From positions 16,971 to 80,970 of the IMG/VR virus record IMGVR_UViG_2740892469_000001: DNA of 64,000 bases; one strand, written 5' to 3'. Position 1 is the stretch's first letter; each line of letters starts with the position of its first letter. The position numbers and the translations under genes were made by a program. The DNA comes from a virus. Its lineage: Duplodnaviria; Caudoviricetes. This document shows, in pieces, positions 45,965-56,246 of the stretch. Below the pieces are notes generated by a model, which worked only from the letters and a program-made list of their open reading frames with translations, had not been told where the DNA came from and ran no database searches.

Positions 45965-47520
45965 TGACACACACCGGACTACTGGCTGCAGATGGTCAAA
46001 CACCATTAAGAGATGCGGTGTATCGAGCTGGCGGTTCAGGGTTTGGTGGCCAGATGAGCGATTGGAACCCTCCGTCAAAATCGGTAGACGCTGCTTTCTT
46101 GCCTGTCATGAGACAGGCGAACGCCAGAACAGACGATGTCACGCGCAATAACGGTATTGCTGCAAACGGCATCCAGCTACACAAAGACCACATCATTGGC
46201 TCTGAGTTTCGCCTCAGTTACAAACCAAACTGGCTATTGCTCGGCATCGATCCAGACAAAGGGTTCGTGCGTGAAGTGGAAGCCATTTTTCGTGACATCG
46301 CCGAAGACCCGAACTGCTTTATCGACGCAGAAGGTCGCCGCACGTTCACCATGATGATGCGAGAGGGCATTGAAACCCATGCTCACACAGGCGAAATCAT
46401 GGCGAAGCCCGAATGGATAGACCGTCGCCATTCGCACTTTTCAACCTGCATTCGCATGGTCGCGCCACGCAAGGTTAACAACCCCAACTACATGATGGAC
46501 AAACCCCATCAGCGTGGTGGGATGCGCTTCAATCGACATGGCGAAGCCATTTCCTACTTCATTGAAGAAGGGGCCGATAACTTTGGCTCGCCAAAGAAAT
46601 GGCGTGAAGTACCGAAGCGTTTACGCTCGGGGCGCATGGGGTTCTTGCATATCTTTGAGCCATCGGAAGGTGGGCAATGTCGTGGCGTGAATAAGTTCTT
46701 ATCGTGTTTAGAGCAATTGAAGATGCTCGACACCTTACAGAACACCACGTTACAGCGAGCGATTGTCAACGCCATGTACGCCGCCAGTATCGAGTCAGAG
46801 CTTGGAACGGACCAAGCGATGGAGTACTTGTTCGGTGCGCAGCAAAATGGTGCGGTCGAAAAGATGCTAATGACCTACGGCGATTACTACGCCAACAACG
46901 AGGTCAAGTTCAACGGCGTCAAACTGCCTCACCTTATGCCAGGTGACAAAATCAACCTGCACAGCGCAGGGAACGCCGATAACGGATTCGCGGCCTTGGA
47001 GCAATCCATCATCCGCTACGTTGCGGCTGGATTGGGCGTGGATTACGCGCAGCTGTCGCGCAATTACGCGCAAATGTCTTACAGCACCATTCGTGCTTCG
47101 CACAACGATTCATGGCGTTACTTCATGGGTCGACGAAAAATCATTGCTAACCGATTCGCCAGCCAAATCTTCGCACTCATGTTCGAAGAAATGATCTTGC
47201 GTGGCTACATCAAGCTGCCAAGCAAAGCGCGATTCAACTTCTACGAACGCCGCAACGCTTGGACCAAGTGTGACTGGATTGGCTCTGGTCGACTGGCCAT
47301 TGATGGATTGAAAGAAGTCAAAGAAGCCGTACTGCGTATCGACTCAGGTCTATCGACGTATGAGAAAGAGCTCGCGCTACTCGGTGAAGACTATCAAGAA
47401 ATCTTTGATCAACAGTTGGCAGAGATGGAAGAGCGCAAATCGAAAGGCTTACCACCGCCAAGCTGGATGAAGCTACAAGCGTTAGCACCGGATAACCCAA
47501 GCGAGAGTTCAAATGAATAA
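45964..47520 (+). CDS. Portal protein, lambda gpB family
   Basis: ARTDDVTRNN, LGVDYAQLSRNY..SYS, IDGLKEV. Confidence 0.93.
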   Translation: MTHTGLLAADGQTPLRDAVYRAGGSGFGGQMSDWNPPSKSVDAAFLPVMRQANARTDDVTRNNGIAANGIQLHKDHIIGSEFRLSYKPNWLLLGIDPDKGFVREVEAIFRDIAEDPNCFIDAEGRRTFTMMMREGIETHAHTGEIMAKPEWIDRRHSHFSTCIRMVAPRKVNNPNYMMDKPHQRGGMRFNRHGEAISYFIEEGADNFGSPKKWREVPKRLRSGRMGFLHIFEPSEGGQCRGVNKFLSCLEQLKMLDTLQNTTLQRAIVNAMYAASIESELGTDQAMEYLFGAQQNGAVEKMLMTYGDYYANNEVKFNGVKLPHLMPGDKINLHSAGNADNGFAALEQSIIRYVAAGLGVDYAQLSRNYAQMSYSTIRASHNDSWRYFMGRRKIIANRFASQIFALMFEEMILRGYIKLPSKARFNFYERRNAWTKCDWIGSGRLAIDGLKEVKEAVLRIDSGLSTYEKELALLGEDYQEIFDQQLAEMEERKSKGLPPPSWMKLQALAPDNPSESSNE

Positions 47521-48865
47521 CTTACAACACCTAATCAGCAACACATTCAACAGGCCGCTCGCCTTAGAAGCTGGTTACGCTCGGGTATTTTTCTCGGCGC
47601 TCAGCCAACGTCTCGGCAATGTGGTCCAGATCACCGACACCGAAGGGCAAATCCTGCGCGAGAACGACATGAAAAAAGTCGCTTCTGGCTTCTCTCGGAC
47701 TCGCAGCAGTAACCGCAGCTATCAAGTCTCTCAGGGTATCGCCATCATTCCGATTGATGGTTCGTTGGTTCATAAGTATGGCCACATCAAACCCTACTCG
47801 GGGATGACAGGGTACGACGGCATTATGCACCGCTTGCGAGAAGCGGTCGCAGACCCCGAAGTCAAAGCCATTTTGCTGGATATGAACACACCAGGCGGCA
47901 TGGTCGCAGGTTGCTTTGACTTGGCCGACAAAATCGCAGAGATGCGCAAAATCAAGCCTATCTGGTCCCTCGGTTACGACATGCACTGCAGTGCTGGCCA
48001 AATGATTGCGAGTGCGTGTTCAAGGCGCCTCATAACTCAAACGGGCATAGCAGGTTCGGTGGGCGTGATTATGGCGCACACCAACATCGAGAAGATGCTG
48101 GATCAGCAAGGCGTGGAAATCACCCTTGTGACGGCAGGTGACCATAAAGCCGATGGCAACCCTTACCAATCTCTGCCGAAAGAGGTGCGAGAAAAATGGC
48201 AATCCGAAGCAGAGAGCACACGTCAAATGTTCGCAGGTAAAGCCGCCGAGTACATGGGCGTCGACATTAAAACCATTCTATCGACTGAGGCGCAGGTCTA
48301 CGAAGGCCAAGCTGCAGTGGATGTTGGCTTCGCAAACGAAGTCGTTAACGGTCTTGATGCCGTTCAGATAATGGCTGAACAGTTCAAGAAACAACAAACC
48401 ACCTTTGATATGGGAGCCGCTATGACGGTGCAAGCAGAACAACAACCAGTCGCAACGGGTGAGCAAGGCAATCCACAACAAGCCGCTGCTCCAGCGACTC
48501 CGCAAACTCCAACTGAAGAACAGCAATCCACTCCAGAACAGCCACAAGCGAGCGCGCAAAGTGATGAGTCCACGGACCCAGCCACAAAAGAGCGTGAACG
48601 CTGCATGGGCATTATTGGCCTAGAAGAAGCCAAAGGGCGTGAAGCGCTCGCGCAGCAACTTGCCAGTAATCCCAAAATTAGCGTCGATGAAGCAAAGGCC
48701 TTGCTTGCTTCAGTACCAGTTAGTGCCACTGCGCAAAACGAGTCGGCATTAATGGCACTGGCCTCAGAGCACGGTGAGCCTCTTGGTGATGATGTTGGTT
48801 CCGGTGATGTCACCGAAGAACAAAAGAACATCAAAGCGCTAGCGTCTTCATACACACGCATTTAA
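47513..48865 (+). CDS. Head maturation protease gpC (S49) with C-terminal scaffold; probable internal Nu3-like start at ATG 48422
   Basis: LDMNTPGGMV, HCSAG, GSVGV; internal RBS GGGAG before in-frame ATG 48422. Confidence 0.9.
   Translation: MNNLQHLISNTFNRPLALEAGYARVFFSALSQRLGNVVQITDTEGQILRENDMKKVASGFSRTRSSNRSYQVSQGIAIIPIDGSLVHKYGHIKPYSGMTGYDGIMHRLREAVADPEVKAILLDMNTPGGMVAGCFDLADKIAEMRKIKPIWSLGYDMHCSAGQMIASACSRRLITQTGIAGSVGVIMAHTNIEKMLDQQGVEITLVTAGDHKADGNPYQSLPKEVREKWQSEAESTRQMFAGKAAEYMGVDIKTILSTEAQVYEGQAAVDVGFANEVVNGLDAVQIMAEQFKKQQTTFDMGAAMTVQAEQQPVATGEQGNPQQAAAPATPQTPTEEQQSTPEQPQASAQSDESTDPATKERERCMGIIGLEEAKGREALAQQLASNPKISVDEAKALLASVPVSATAQNESALMALASEHGEPLGDDVGSGDVTEEQKNIKALASSYTRI
48565..48580. 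promoter_or_regulatory. sopC-like centromere site 4
   Basis: TGAGTCCACGGACCCA. Confidence 0.6.
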
Positions 48866-48878
48866 CAAGGAAACTCGC

Positions 48879-49220
48879 ATGTTAGAACAAACAGAATACA
48901 CACCAGATGAGCTGTTTATTAGCGCACCAGTCACGGCGCGAGCAACCATCAAAACGGGCGTATCTTTTCCTGCTCGAACCCCATTAATGGCCGACGCGAC
49001 TGACGCCGCCACTTTGGTGGAATGGGACGGTACACCAGGCAAAGCCATCGCTATCTCGGCTCGTGATGTGACGAATACAGGCAGCGACCAAGAATCGACA
49101 GTTTACCTACAGGGTGGCTTTCGTATCGGTTTTGTGAACTGGCCTGATGCGGTCACAACCAACAAGCAAAAACGCGCTGCTTTCCTAGGTAGTCCAGTTT
49201 TCGTAGACGACGAATACTAA
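48879..49220 (+). CDS. Head decoration protein gpD
   Basis: TPLM...LVEWDG...G.F....VNWP...KRAAF. Confidence 0.85.
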   Translation: MLEQTEYTPDELFISAPVTARATIKTGVSFPARTPLMADATDAATLVEWDGTPGKAIAISARDVTNTGSDQESTVYLQGGFRIGFVNWPDAVTTNKQKRAAFLGSPVFVDDEY

Positions 49221-49258
49221 TTCGTCGTTTTCTTTGAATTCAGAAAAAAGAGCTTCAT

Positions 49259-50296
49259 ATGTCTGATAATTACACCACTCGCGAACTGCTTGGAGCCATT
49301 CAAGAAGCAGGGATTCGCCGCGATAACTTCTTCATGCGCTTCTTCTTCCGTGAGATGTACACCTTTGCCACGGAAAAAGTCGACCTCGACATGATCCCAA
49401 ATAAAACCAAGATTGCAGCTTTCTGCTCACCGATGATTGGTGCGGCCGTGGATCGCAACCAAGGTTTTAAAACTTCAAGCTTCAAACCTGCATACGTGAA
49501 GTCCAAGCATGCAGTTACCGCTAACCAAAGCGTAAAACGTCGCCCAGGTGAGCCAATCACAGGCTCTATGTCGGCAGGCGACCGTCAAAACGCGATTGTG
49601 ATGCAAAACCTCGACATCGAAGAGCAAGCGGTTCGTGACCGTGAAGAGCTGATGTGTGCCGAGATGGTCTACGACGGTAAAACCGTGATCGACAGCCCTT
49701 ACATTGAAACGCCTTACGAAATTGATGCAGGCCGAAATGCGGACAACATGATCACGCTTCTTTCGGCAGCTCAGTGGGCGAATCAAGACTTTGCTACCTA
49801 CGACATCGTTGGTGACATTGAAGCTTGGGCGGCGATTTCTGAAGGCCTGACGAATGTCATCATTACCGATCCTAAAACGTGGGCACTGATGCGTAAGTTC
49901 AAGAAGTTCAATGACGCGCTGGAAACTCGACGTGGCTCTAACTCTCAGCTGGAAACCGCGCTAAAAGACTTAGGTGCAACGGTTAGCGTTAAAGGCAATC
50001 TTGGCGATGTCACCATCATCGTGGTGGATGAAGAGTACATCGACCGTGACGGCACAACGAAGAAAGTTCAACGCGACTTCACGTTGATTTTGGCGCATAC
50101 CGAACTGCGCGGTGCGCGTCTGTACGGTCAAATCCAAGACTTATCCGCTCAGCGTGAAGGCTTTGATGAAGCCGAACGCTACGTGAAAGATTGGACGGAA
50201 AATGGCGATCCAGAAGTTCGCTATACCAAAACGGAAGCCGCCCCTGCGATGTACCTCATTGACGTTAACAAAGTTGTTGTCGTCAAAGTCGGTTAA
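49259..50296 (+). CDS. Major capsid protein, lambda gpE family
   Basis: YTTRELL, FKPAYVKSKH, RRPGE, TRRGSNSQLETALKDLG. Confidence 0.93.
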   Translation: MSDNYTTRELLGAIQEAGIRRDNFFMRFFFREMYTFATEKVDLDMIPNKTKIAAFCSPMIGAAVDRNQGFKTSSFKPAYVKSKHAVTANQSVKRRPGEPITGSMSAGDRQNAIVMQNLDIEEQAVRDREELMCAEMVYDGKTVIDSPYIETPYEIDAGRNADNMITLLSAAQWANQDFATYDIVGDIEAWAAISEGLTNVIITDPKTWALMRKFKKFNDALETRRGSNSQLETALKDLGATVSVKGNLGDVTIIVVDEEYIDRDGTTKKVQRDFTLILAHTELRGARLYGQIQDLSAQREGFDEAERYVKDWTENGDPEVRYTKTEAAPAMYLIDVNKVVVVKVG

Positions 50297-50320
50297 TCCT
50301 GACCACCACTAACGAAAAGC

Positions 50321-50345
50321 AAAATGGGTCCACGGACCCATTTTT
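50321..50345 (+). promoter_or_regulatory. sopC-like centromere site 5 (50325-40) doubling as a terminator hairpin after the capsid gene
   Basis: AAAA-TGGGTCCACGGACCCA-TTTTT. Confidence 0.7.
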
Positions 50346-50360
50346 ACTTTGGAGCCAATC

Positions 50361-50852
50361 ATGAGCCGAAAAGAAAACCTGAAAAAACGTGTTGATGAGC
50401 TTTGCAAAGAGCTCGGTATTACTGAACCGCAATATTCAGACAAAACGACCGAACCTCAGCTAAATAAAGTCATTGACGATTTGGAAGCCAAGTTACCAGA
50501 CATGGACGAATCCGATGATGAAGCACAGTCGCAAACGCAAGGAAATGACGCTAACCATACTGCCGGTGATCAAAGCGAACAAACCGAGAGTCAAACCAGC
50601 GAACAATCGGAAGTGCTTATCGGTGCTGCGGTCGAATTACCCGATGATGCCACGGTTCTAGACGATGGTGAGCCGCCAGAAGTCAACGCCGATGAAAAAG
50701 GCAATGTGCAAGTTCTCGTGGATAAGCCGTTTCAGTGTTTGCAAGGCCAAAAGACGGTGCTGCTCAAACGTGGCGATAAGCCGTTTTTAGATGAAGAAAC
50801 CGCGATGGAAGCGGTGGACGCAGGCTTGGCGTATTTCGTCGCGACGATGTAA
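50361..50852 (+). CDS. DNA packaging chaperone, gpFI-like
   Basis: Follows the capsid gene; N-terminal helix, acidic linker, C-terminal DAGLA. Confidence 0.6.
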   Translation: MSRKENLKKRVDELCKELGITEPQYSDKTTEPQLNKVIDDLEAKLPDMDESDDEAQSQTQGNDANHTAGDQSEQTESQTSEQSEVLIGAAVELPDDATVLDDGEPPEVNADEKGNVQVLVDKPFQCLQGQKTVLLKRGDKPFLDEETAMEAVDAGLAYFVATM

Positions 50853-50860
50853 GGCCGCTT

Positions 50861-51151
50861 ATGTTTGATAACGAATTCGACCAGTTAATGGAAGAGGTGG
50901 ATAACACGGTTTCTGAAGCGTTTGGTGTTTGGGTGAAAGTCAATGGTGGAGAACCTATCAAAGCCATTTATGACGAATCCCTAAACCAGTTTGACGCTAT
51001 GGCAGGCATCGCTCGCAAGCTGACATTTAAGAAAGCAGACAATGTCAGACCGAAGAAGGGAACACCTATCGAGTTCGTTTCCTCGGGCAGAAAGCTCACT
51101 GTCACCAGTGGCCCTTATCCAGAAGACGGAAATATTGTGGTGATCTTATGA
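50861..51151 (+). CDS. Head closure protein, gpFII-like
   Basis: MFDNEFD...D.TV...G; synteny. Confidence 0.7.
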   Translation: MFDNEFDQLMEEVDNTVSEAFGVWVKVNGGEPIKAIYDESLNQFDAMAGIARKLTFKKADNVRPKKGTPIEFVSSGRKLTVTSGPYPEDGNIVVIL

Positions 51152-51780
51152 ATAGCATTGATCGGGAATTGGCGCTAGCCGTTAAAAACCTTTCCTCATT
51201 ACAAAGTAACGCGGTACCGAAAGCCAGTGCAATGGCGATTAACCGTGTGGCTGCTCGAGCTGTTTCTCGGTCAGTGAAAGACACCGCAAAAGCCGTTCGT
51301 ATCAAGCAAAAAGTTATTCGCCCTCGCGCGTCGATAACAAAAAAGGCCACAGGGAAAATGCCAGTGGCTTTTGTCAGAGTGCGCAGGTTCGATGTTCCTG
51401 CCATCTCTATCGATACGGCTAGAACCCAAATTCGGCGCAAGCGAGGGCAATACCAAATCAGCCGAGTTAACCGAGGCCGAAATGGTCGTTACCAAAAGCG
51501 AGAGTTATCCGGTAACACCGCCATTGTTGTCGGTCGGCACCGATTCGAGAATGCCTTCTTACAAAAGCTGAAGAACGGTCGTTGGCACATCATGCAACGT
51601 GTCTCGGATGCAAGGCACCCCATCAAAGTGTGCAAGGTGCCAATCGTGAATGAAATCACCAAAGCATTTAAAAAGCACAGCGATGAGTTGCTTAGAACGG
51701 ACATGAAAAAAGAGCTGTCCAGCGCGATGAAGCAACAAATCCGCTTGGTTATTCGCAGAGAGGTTGGTCGTGGAAATTAA
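51148..51780 (+). CDS. Minor tail protein, gpZ-like
   Basis: AVPKASAMAINRVA...AFLQKLKNGRWHIMQR. Confidence 0.88.
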   Translation: MNSIDRELALAVKNLSSLQSNAVPKASAMAINRVAARAVSRSVKDTAKAVRIKQKVIRPRASITKKATGKMPVAFVRVRRFDVPAISIDTARTQIRRKRGQYQISRVNRGRNGRYQKRELSGNTAIVVGRHRFENAFLQKLKNGRWHIMQRVSDARHPIKVCKVPIVNEITKAFKKHSDELLRTDMKKELSSAMKQQIRLVIRREVGRGN

Positions 51781-52219
51781 CAACACTATACGCAAACAAG
51801 TCGTTGCTGATTTGAAAGCAGGGTTAGTCGATGAGACTGGCGAGTCAATCATCGCAACGTTTTTTAATGGCAACCCCAGATACATCGCGGTTCCCGAATT
51901 TGAAGCTAAAGAGAATGATACTGACATCCCTGCCATTTCAGTCTCCGTTTCCGAAGGTCAATGTGTTGAAGAAGATTTTGAAGAGATCACATGGCGCTCT
52001 GAGCTGACTATCAGAATCTACCTGGTTGCAGACAACAACACGGAGCAAGAGCTCGACGCATTAGGTGAAGAAGTTCTCAAGATCATCACCAAACATTACA
52101 CCGCCAACGGTCTTCTCGACCTCTGTAATCGTCAATCGTTTGGATACGCACAAGACGAAGAGCAGCCATGGGGAACGCTGGACTTGGCATTTACTATTGA
52201 ATACACCGAAGAGGTTTAA
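51770..52219 (+). CDS. Tail terminator, gpU-like
   Basis: IRKQVV..L...PAISV...W.SEL.I; synteny. Confidence 0.8.
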   Translation: MEINNTIRKQVVADLKAGLVDETGESIIATFFNGNPRYIAVPEFEAKENDTDIPAISVSVSEGQCVEEDFEEITWRSELTIRIYLVADNNTEQELDALGEEVLKIITKHYTANGLLDLCNRQSFGYAQDEEQPWGTLDLAFTIEYTEEV

Positions 52220-52221
52220 TC

Positions 52222-52719
52222 ATGTCGGACCCAACTCAAGCAATCAAAGGCGCTGGCACTACGTTCTGGCGATTGAAAGACAACCAAGAACTGCAAACGC
52301 CTGCAGATTACCTTAATGACGACAAATGGGACAAGTTAGGCGGCGTTAAAGAGCTTCAACCAGGTGAAATCACCGTGGAAGACGAAGAAGATAACTACCT
52401 AGACGATCCTGAGTCTGATTGGGCTAAAACAACGCCAGGTCAAAAGTCAGCAGGAGAAACCAATTTAACTATCGTTTGGAAGCCAGGAGAGCCTGGCCAA
52501 CAGCAGCTCATTGATGATGTAGACAAAGGCGTAGTGACCGAGTACCGCGCCAAATACCCGAATGGCACGGTGGATGCGTATTCGGGCTACATCAACTCAT
52601 TGGGTAAAGCGGTGACGATTAAAGAGAAAATCACTCGCTCAGTTAAATTCAAAAACGTTGGCAAGCCAAAACTCGCGGAAATGCTGATTGCTGAACAAGC
52701 CGCTGGCGCAGGAGCATAA
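52222..52719 (+). CDS. Major tail tube protein, gpV-like
   Basis: KGAGTTFW, ELQPGEIT, GQKSAGE, WKPGE. Confidence 0.9.
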   Translation: MSDPTQAIKGAGTTFWRLKDNQELQTPADYLNDDKWDKLGGVKELQPGEITVEDEEDNYLDDPESDWAKTTPGQKSAGETNLTIVWKPGEPGQQQLIDDVDKGVVTEYRAKYPNGTVDAYSGYINSLGKAVTIKEKITRSVKFKNVGKPKLAEMLIAEQAAGAGA

Positions 52720-52721
52720 TC

Positions 52722-53204
52722 ATGACCCAGCTTTTTTTGAAAACAAAAACCGTACCTGTCGATGACATAAGCGTCACCATCACTCAGTTGTCTGGTTTAG
52801 AAAGACTGGATTTTATGGACTATTGTTCAGAAATTCCGGAACCAGAACGACCAGCCAAACCGGATGAGTCCGCCAGTGAGTCGGAGCAAGATAATTACCT
52901 GGTCGAGTTGAACAAGTACACGAAGAAATGGTTCCGTATCAACTTTCTTGTACAAGCTCGATTGGTGGCGTATGGCTATCGTGATGGCGTGGAAGACATC
53001 GATGAACGACACAAACAGATCATGTCACTCATGACGCCAGAGCAGGTTGAAACGCTTCACTATGAAATCGCTTCTTTCTCAGGCTTGCCAGTGCCTGCGC
53101 AAGAAGAAACCGCCTCATCAGATGGCTCGGAAGCCACCACTACCGCTGAAAACGCCACAACGGAAGACACCACCACTCAGGAGCCCACCGACCCAAAAGT
53201 CTAA
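52722..53204 (+). CDS. Tail assembly chaperone gpG
   Basis: LSGLER motif; ends with slippery heptamer CCCAAAA. Confidence 0.85.
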   Translation: MTQLFLKTKTVPVDDISVTITQLSGLERLDFMDYCSEIPEPERPAKPDESASESEQDNYLVELNKYTKKWFRINFLVQARLVAYGYRDGVEDIDERHKQIMSLMTPEQVETLHYEIASFSGLPVPAQEETASSDGSEATTTAENATTEDTTTQEPTDPKV

Positions 53205-53560
53205 TTCGGGATGAAATTGAGTTTGCCATGGACCTTGCCCGAGAGTTCGGGCAAGTCTGTTGGCGCACCTTGTTGGCTTCCATTAGCGGCGAAGCCGTTG
53301 TGGAGTGGCGTGAATACTTTTCAAAACACGGCTTTAAGCACCAGATGGACAATCTGCGCTTTGCCGTGACCTGTTCTTCAAACTGGAATGTCACGGCCAT
53401 GGCCGCAGGCTGCAAGGACGACAGCGCCCTTAGAAGCTACCAAGACTTCCTGCCAACCCTAGAACATCCCGAAGAAGAATCCAAAGAATACACCGACGAA
53501 GAGCTGATGGCGTTGAGCGCGTCGGCAGGAGGAGTTCGCCTTGAGTGCCCAGATAGCTGA
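53192..53560 (+). CDS. Tail assembly chaperone gpT, made as gpGT by -1 frameshift at CCCAAAA 53192-98
   Basis: X XXY YYZ heptamer in frame; the -1 frame reads ...EIEFAMDLAREFG. Confidence 0.8.
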   Translation, partial: PKSLIRDEIEFAMDLAREFGQVCWRTLLASISGEAVVEWREYFSKHGFKHQMDNLRFAVTCSSNWNVTAMAAGCKDDSALRSYQDFLPTLEHPEEESKEYTDEELMALSASAGGVRLECPDS

Positions 53561-55763
53561 TTTTAATATCCGCTTCAATACTGAAACCGCCAAGTTTCAG
53601 AAAGACGTGGATTACGCCAAAAAGATGCTGCGCGGCTACACCAAAGAAGCCAAAGCGGCGAACGACTCAAACCTATCATTAAGCCGTTCTTTAGAGCAAA
53701 CCGCAGACCGCGCCAAAAACGCAGGTCGTGGCGTGTTAGATGCTGCAGGTTATGTCTCGGCAGGCATTGGTGCCGTCACAGGTGCCACGGCTTACCTCAT
53801 TACGCAGCAGGCGCAACAAGCGCGCGAAATCGAAAAGATGGCCACCGTTGCTCAGGTATCGGTCCAGCAAATACAAGCCTTGGCGTATGCCTCTGAGCAA
53901 TACAATATCAGCGGCGAAAACATGGCTGATATTCTCAAGGACGTGAACGATAAGCTGGGCGACTTTACCGAAAATGAAGGTGGTGAATTTGCTGACTTCA
54001 TGGAGAACATCGCGCCAACAGTCGGACTGACCATTGAGAAGCTGCAAGAGCTGTCGGGTCCCGATGCGTTGATTGCCATCAAAACGGCGATGGACCAAGC
54101 CAACGTTCCAATGAAAAGCCAGATATTTTATCTGGAGAGTATCGCTAACGATGCCTCGGCCTTGATGCCATTGCTCGACAATCAAGGTCAAAAGCTCTTT
54201 GAGTTGACCAAAAAATACGACGACTTGAACGTCTCCATGTCGGAATATGACATTGAGAAATTCAAAGAGATGGACCAAAAGCTCAAAGATACTGGGCTTA
54301 AGCTGCAGCGCTCTTTTGCTAATGCCGTGCTTGGAGCCAGTGATCAGATTGATTGGTTCAGCGATAAGCTGGCTTACTCAATCGACTATTGGGGAACACT
54401 GTTTGATAGTTGGTCAGACACGCCAAGAACGGTCGATGGACTAAGCAAAAAGCTGTCAGAATTGAGATCTGAGAGAAAAGAGCTTAGTGACGAGTTAAAA
54501 GAGGTAAACCGTACCTTTAAAGAGTACGAAAGTATTGATGTTGACAGCTTACTGCCTATTAACCCTCTTGGTCGTAGTGAAAACGAGTTATTCAACCTTA
54601 ACTCTGATTTTGGGCGATTAACAAAGCAACTTGATGAGCTCGATGCCGAGATAGCGCGTCAGCAAAAACGCTACAACATCATGCAAACTGGCATGAACTA
54701 TGACGCGCCGCAACCAGGTTTAAAACCTGAAGGCGACACGCCAGACAGAGTCTTACCGAAAGACACCGCAGGTTTAGAAAGCAAGCAGTCTTCTGGCGCA
54801 TCGCGCCTAGCGTCGCTTGATATGCAGTACGCGAGTGAGCGAGAAAAGCTCATGTTAGCGCATGAGCAACGCTTGCGTGACATCGAAGAAATGCAGGTGT
54901 CCGAGCAAGAGTTGAAGCGTCGTGGTTTTGATACCTTGGAGGCATTAAAAACCGAGTACAGTGATCGCGAGAAAGAGTTTTTTAGAACATCACAAGCCGA
55001 GTTTGAAGCAGAGCAAGAAGCGGCGCTGCAACGTTCTGTCGATGCATTCGCTCGCAGTGAAAACGCCAAAACAGAAAAGGCCAAAGTCGAAGCTGAAAAA
55101 CGGGCGTATCGTGAAGAGCGCTTGATGCAAGAGCGCGTTCGAGGCATGAGCAACTTCCTCGGTCAAATCTCTCAGCTACAAAACAGTGAAAACAAAAACG
55201 CCGCTCGTATTGGTAAAACCGCAGCGCGTGTCCAAATTATGCTTAACGCTTACGAATCAGCGTCAGCGGCATACAAATCTCTGGTTGGTATTCCTTATGT
55301 CGGTCCTGGTCTTGCTGCGGCAGCGGCAGGCACGGCTATGGGCTTTGGTATCTCCATGGCCAGCAAAGTCGATTCAGTCTCGAATATGGCGCACAACGGG
55401 ATATCCGAAGTGCCGATGTTGGGTGGCCGAATGGAATCCGACTGGACGCTGAAAGCAGGTGAGCGCGTTTACACCAACGAGTCCGCGAACCGAATCGACC
55501 AAATGTATAGCGCCATCATGGCCATGCAGCGTCAGAAGTTCGCGATGAATGATCCAAGCTTGGATTCAGCCAAGGCAGGGTTGGCCGTTGGAGGTCGTAA
55601 CGTGGTGAACATTTACGGCGCACCAGAGGGAGCGAAAGTGAGAGAGCGCCAAGGTGACAATGGTGAAAACATCACCGATGTCTTTTTGGAAGACCTCGAT
55701 TCTGACGGACCAATGTCTCAAGGGATCGCGCAGCGCTTTGACCTCAAGCCAGTGGGAGTATAA
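53541..55763 (+). CDS. Tape measure protein, 740 aa
   Basis: Follows G/T; IADFNIRF...TAKF; Ala-rich and coiled coil; AHNGISEVP..W.LKAGERV. Confidence 0.88.
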   Translation: MSAQIADFNIRFNTETAKFQKDVDYAKKMLRGYTKEAKAANDSNLSLSRSLEQTADRAKNAGRGVLDAAGYVSAGIGAVTGATAYLITQQAQQAREIEKMATVAQVSVQQIQALAYASEQYNISGENMADILKDVNDKLGDFTENEGGEFADFMENIAPTVGLTIEKLQELSGPDALIAIKTAMDQANVPMKSQIFYLESIANDASALMPLLDNQGQKLFELTKKYDDLNVSMSEYDIEKFKEMDQKLKDTGLKLQRSFANAVLGASDQIDWFSDKLAYSIDYWGTLFDSWSDTPRTVDGLSKKLSELRSERKELSDELKEVNRTFKEYESIDVDSLLPINPLGRSENELFNLNSDFGRLTKQLDELDAEIARQQKRYNIMQTGMNYDAPQPGLKPEGDTPDRVLPKDTAGLESKQSSGASRLASLDMQYASEREKLMLAHEQRLRDIEEMQVSEQELKRRGFDTLEALKTEYSDREKEFFRTSQAEFEAEQEAALQRSVDAFARSENAKTEKAKVEAEKRAYREERLMQERVRGMSNFLGQISQLQNSENKNAARIGKTAARVQIMLNAYESASAAYKSLVGIPYVGPGLAAAAAGTAMGFGISMASKVDSVSNMAHNGISEVPMLGGRMESDWTLKAGERVYTNESANRIDQMYSAIMAMQRQKFAMNDPSLDSAKAGLAVGGRNVVNIYGAPEGAKVRERQGDNGENITDVFLEDLDSDGPMSQGIAQRFDLKPVGV

Positions 55764-55769
55764 GCACTC

Positions 55770-56246
55770 ATGACAATGATGTACCCAAGCTACCTGCCAC
55801 ATCCTCAGTTTCCCGACAAAATCGAACAGATGTCCAATCGTATTTCCACGGAAATGTCGACAGGGCGTACTCGGGACCGTCGTCGGCATGTCATCGTGCC
55901 GACGTTCCAAACCCTCGTGTTTCGGATGCCAAAGGACAAAGCAGCGGCGTTTCTTGGTTGGGTAGACCATGCACTCAGTGGTGGCATTCGTTGGTTTACC
56001 TTAAACCAGCGCACCGAGCTGGGCGTGGTTCCCCTACAAATCAAAATGAAAGACCACCCACTCAAAGACGCCAAGCAAAAAGGTGGCAAGTTTTACTACA
56101 CCGTGAAATGTGAAATTCGCCAATACCCAATCCAAAGCGAAGAAATCACCGTTAGCCAGATTTTATTCCCTCATACGCTTAATGAACTGATGACAGAGAT
56201 CGACATGAGCCGCTATTACACAGAGAGCTGGAAGAATGACAAATAG
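55770..56246 (+). CDS. Distal tail protein (gpM-like)
   Basis: YP..LP.P...TEM.TGR.R.RR...WF pattern after the tape measure. Confidence 0.75.
   Translation: MTMMYPSYLPHPQFPDKIEQMSNRISTEMSTGRTRDRRRHVIVPTFQTLVFRMPKDKAAAFLGWVDHALSGGIRWFTLNQRTELGVVPLQIKMKDHPLKDAKQKGGKFYYTVKCEIRQYPIQSEEITVSQILFPHTLNELMTEIDMSRYYTESWKNDK

Larger units (their letters stand above)
1..47030. repeat. Giant inverted repeat (palindrome), arms 1-23515 and 23516-47030
   Basis: Every ORF has an identical mirror at 47031-x; bases 1-20 are the reverse complement of 47011-47030; centre CCACTAAGTATTTAC|GTAAATACTTAGTGG. Confidence 0.98.
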
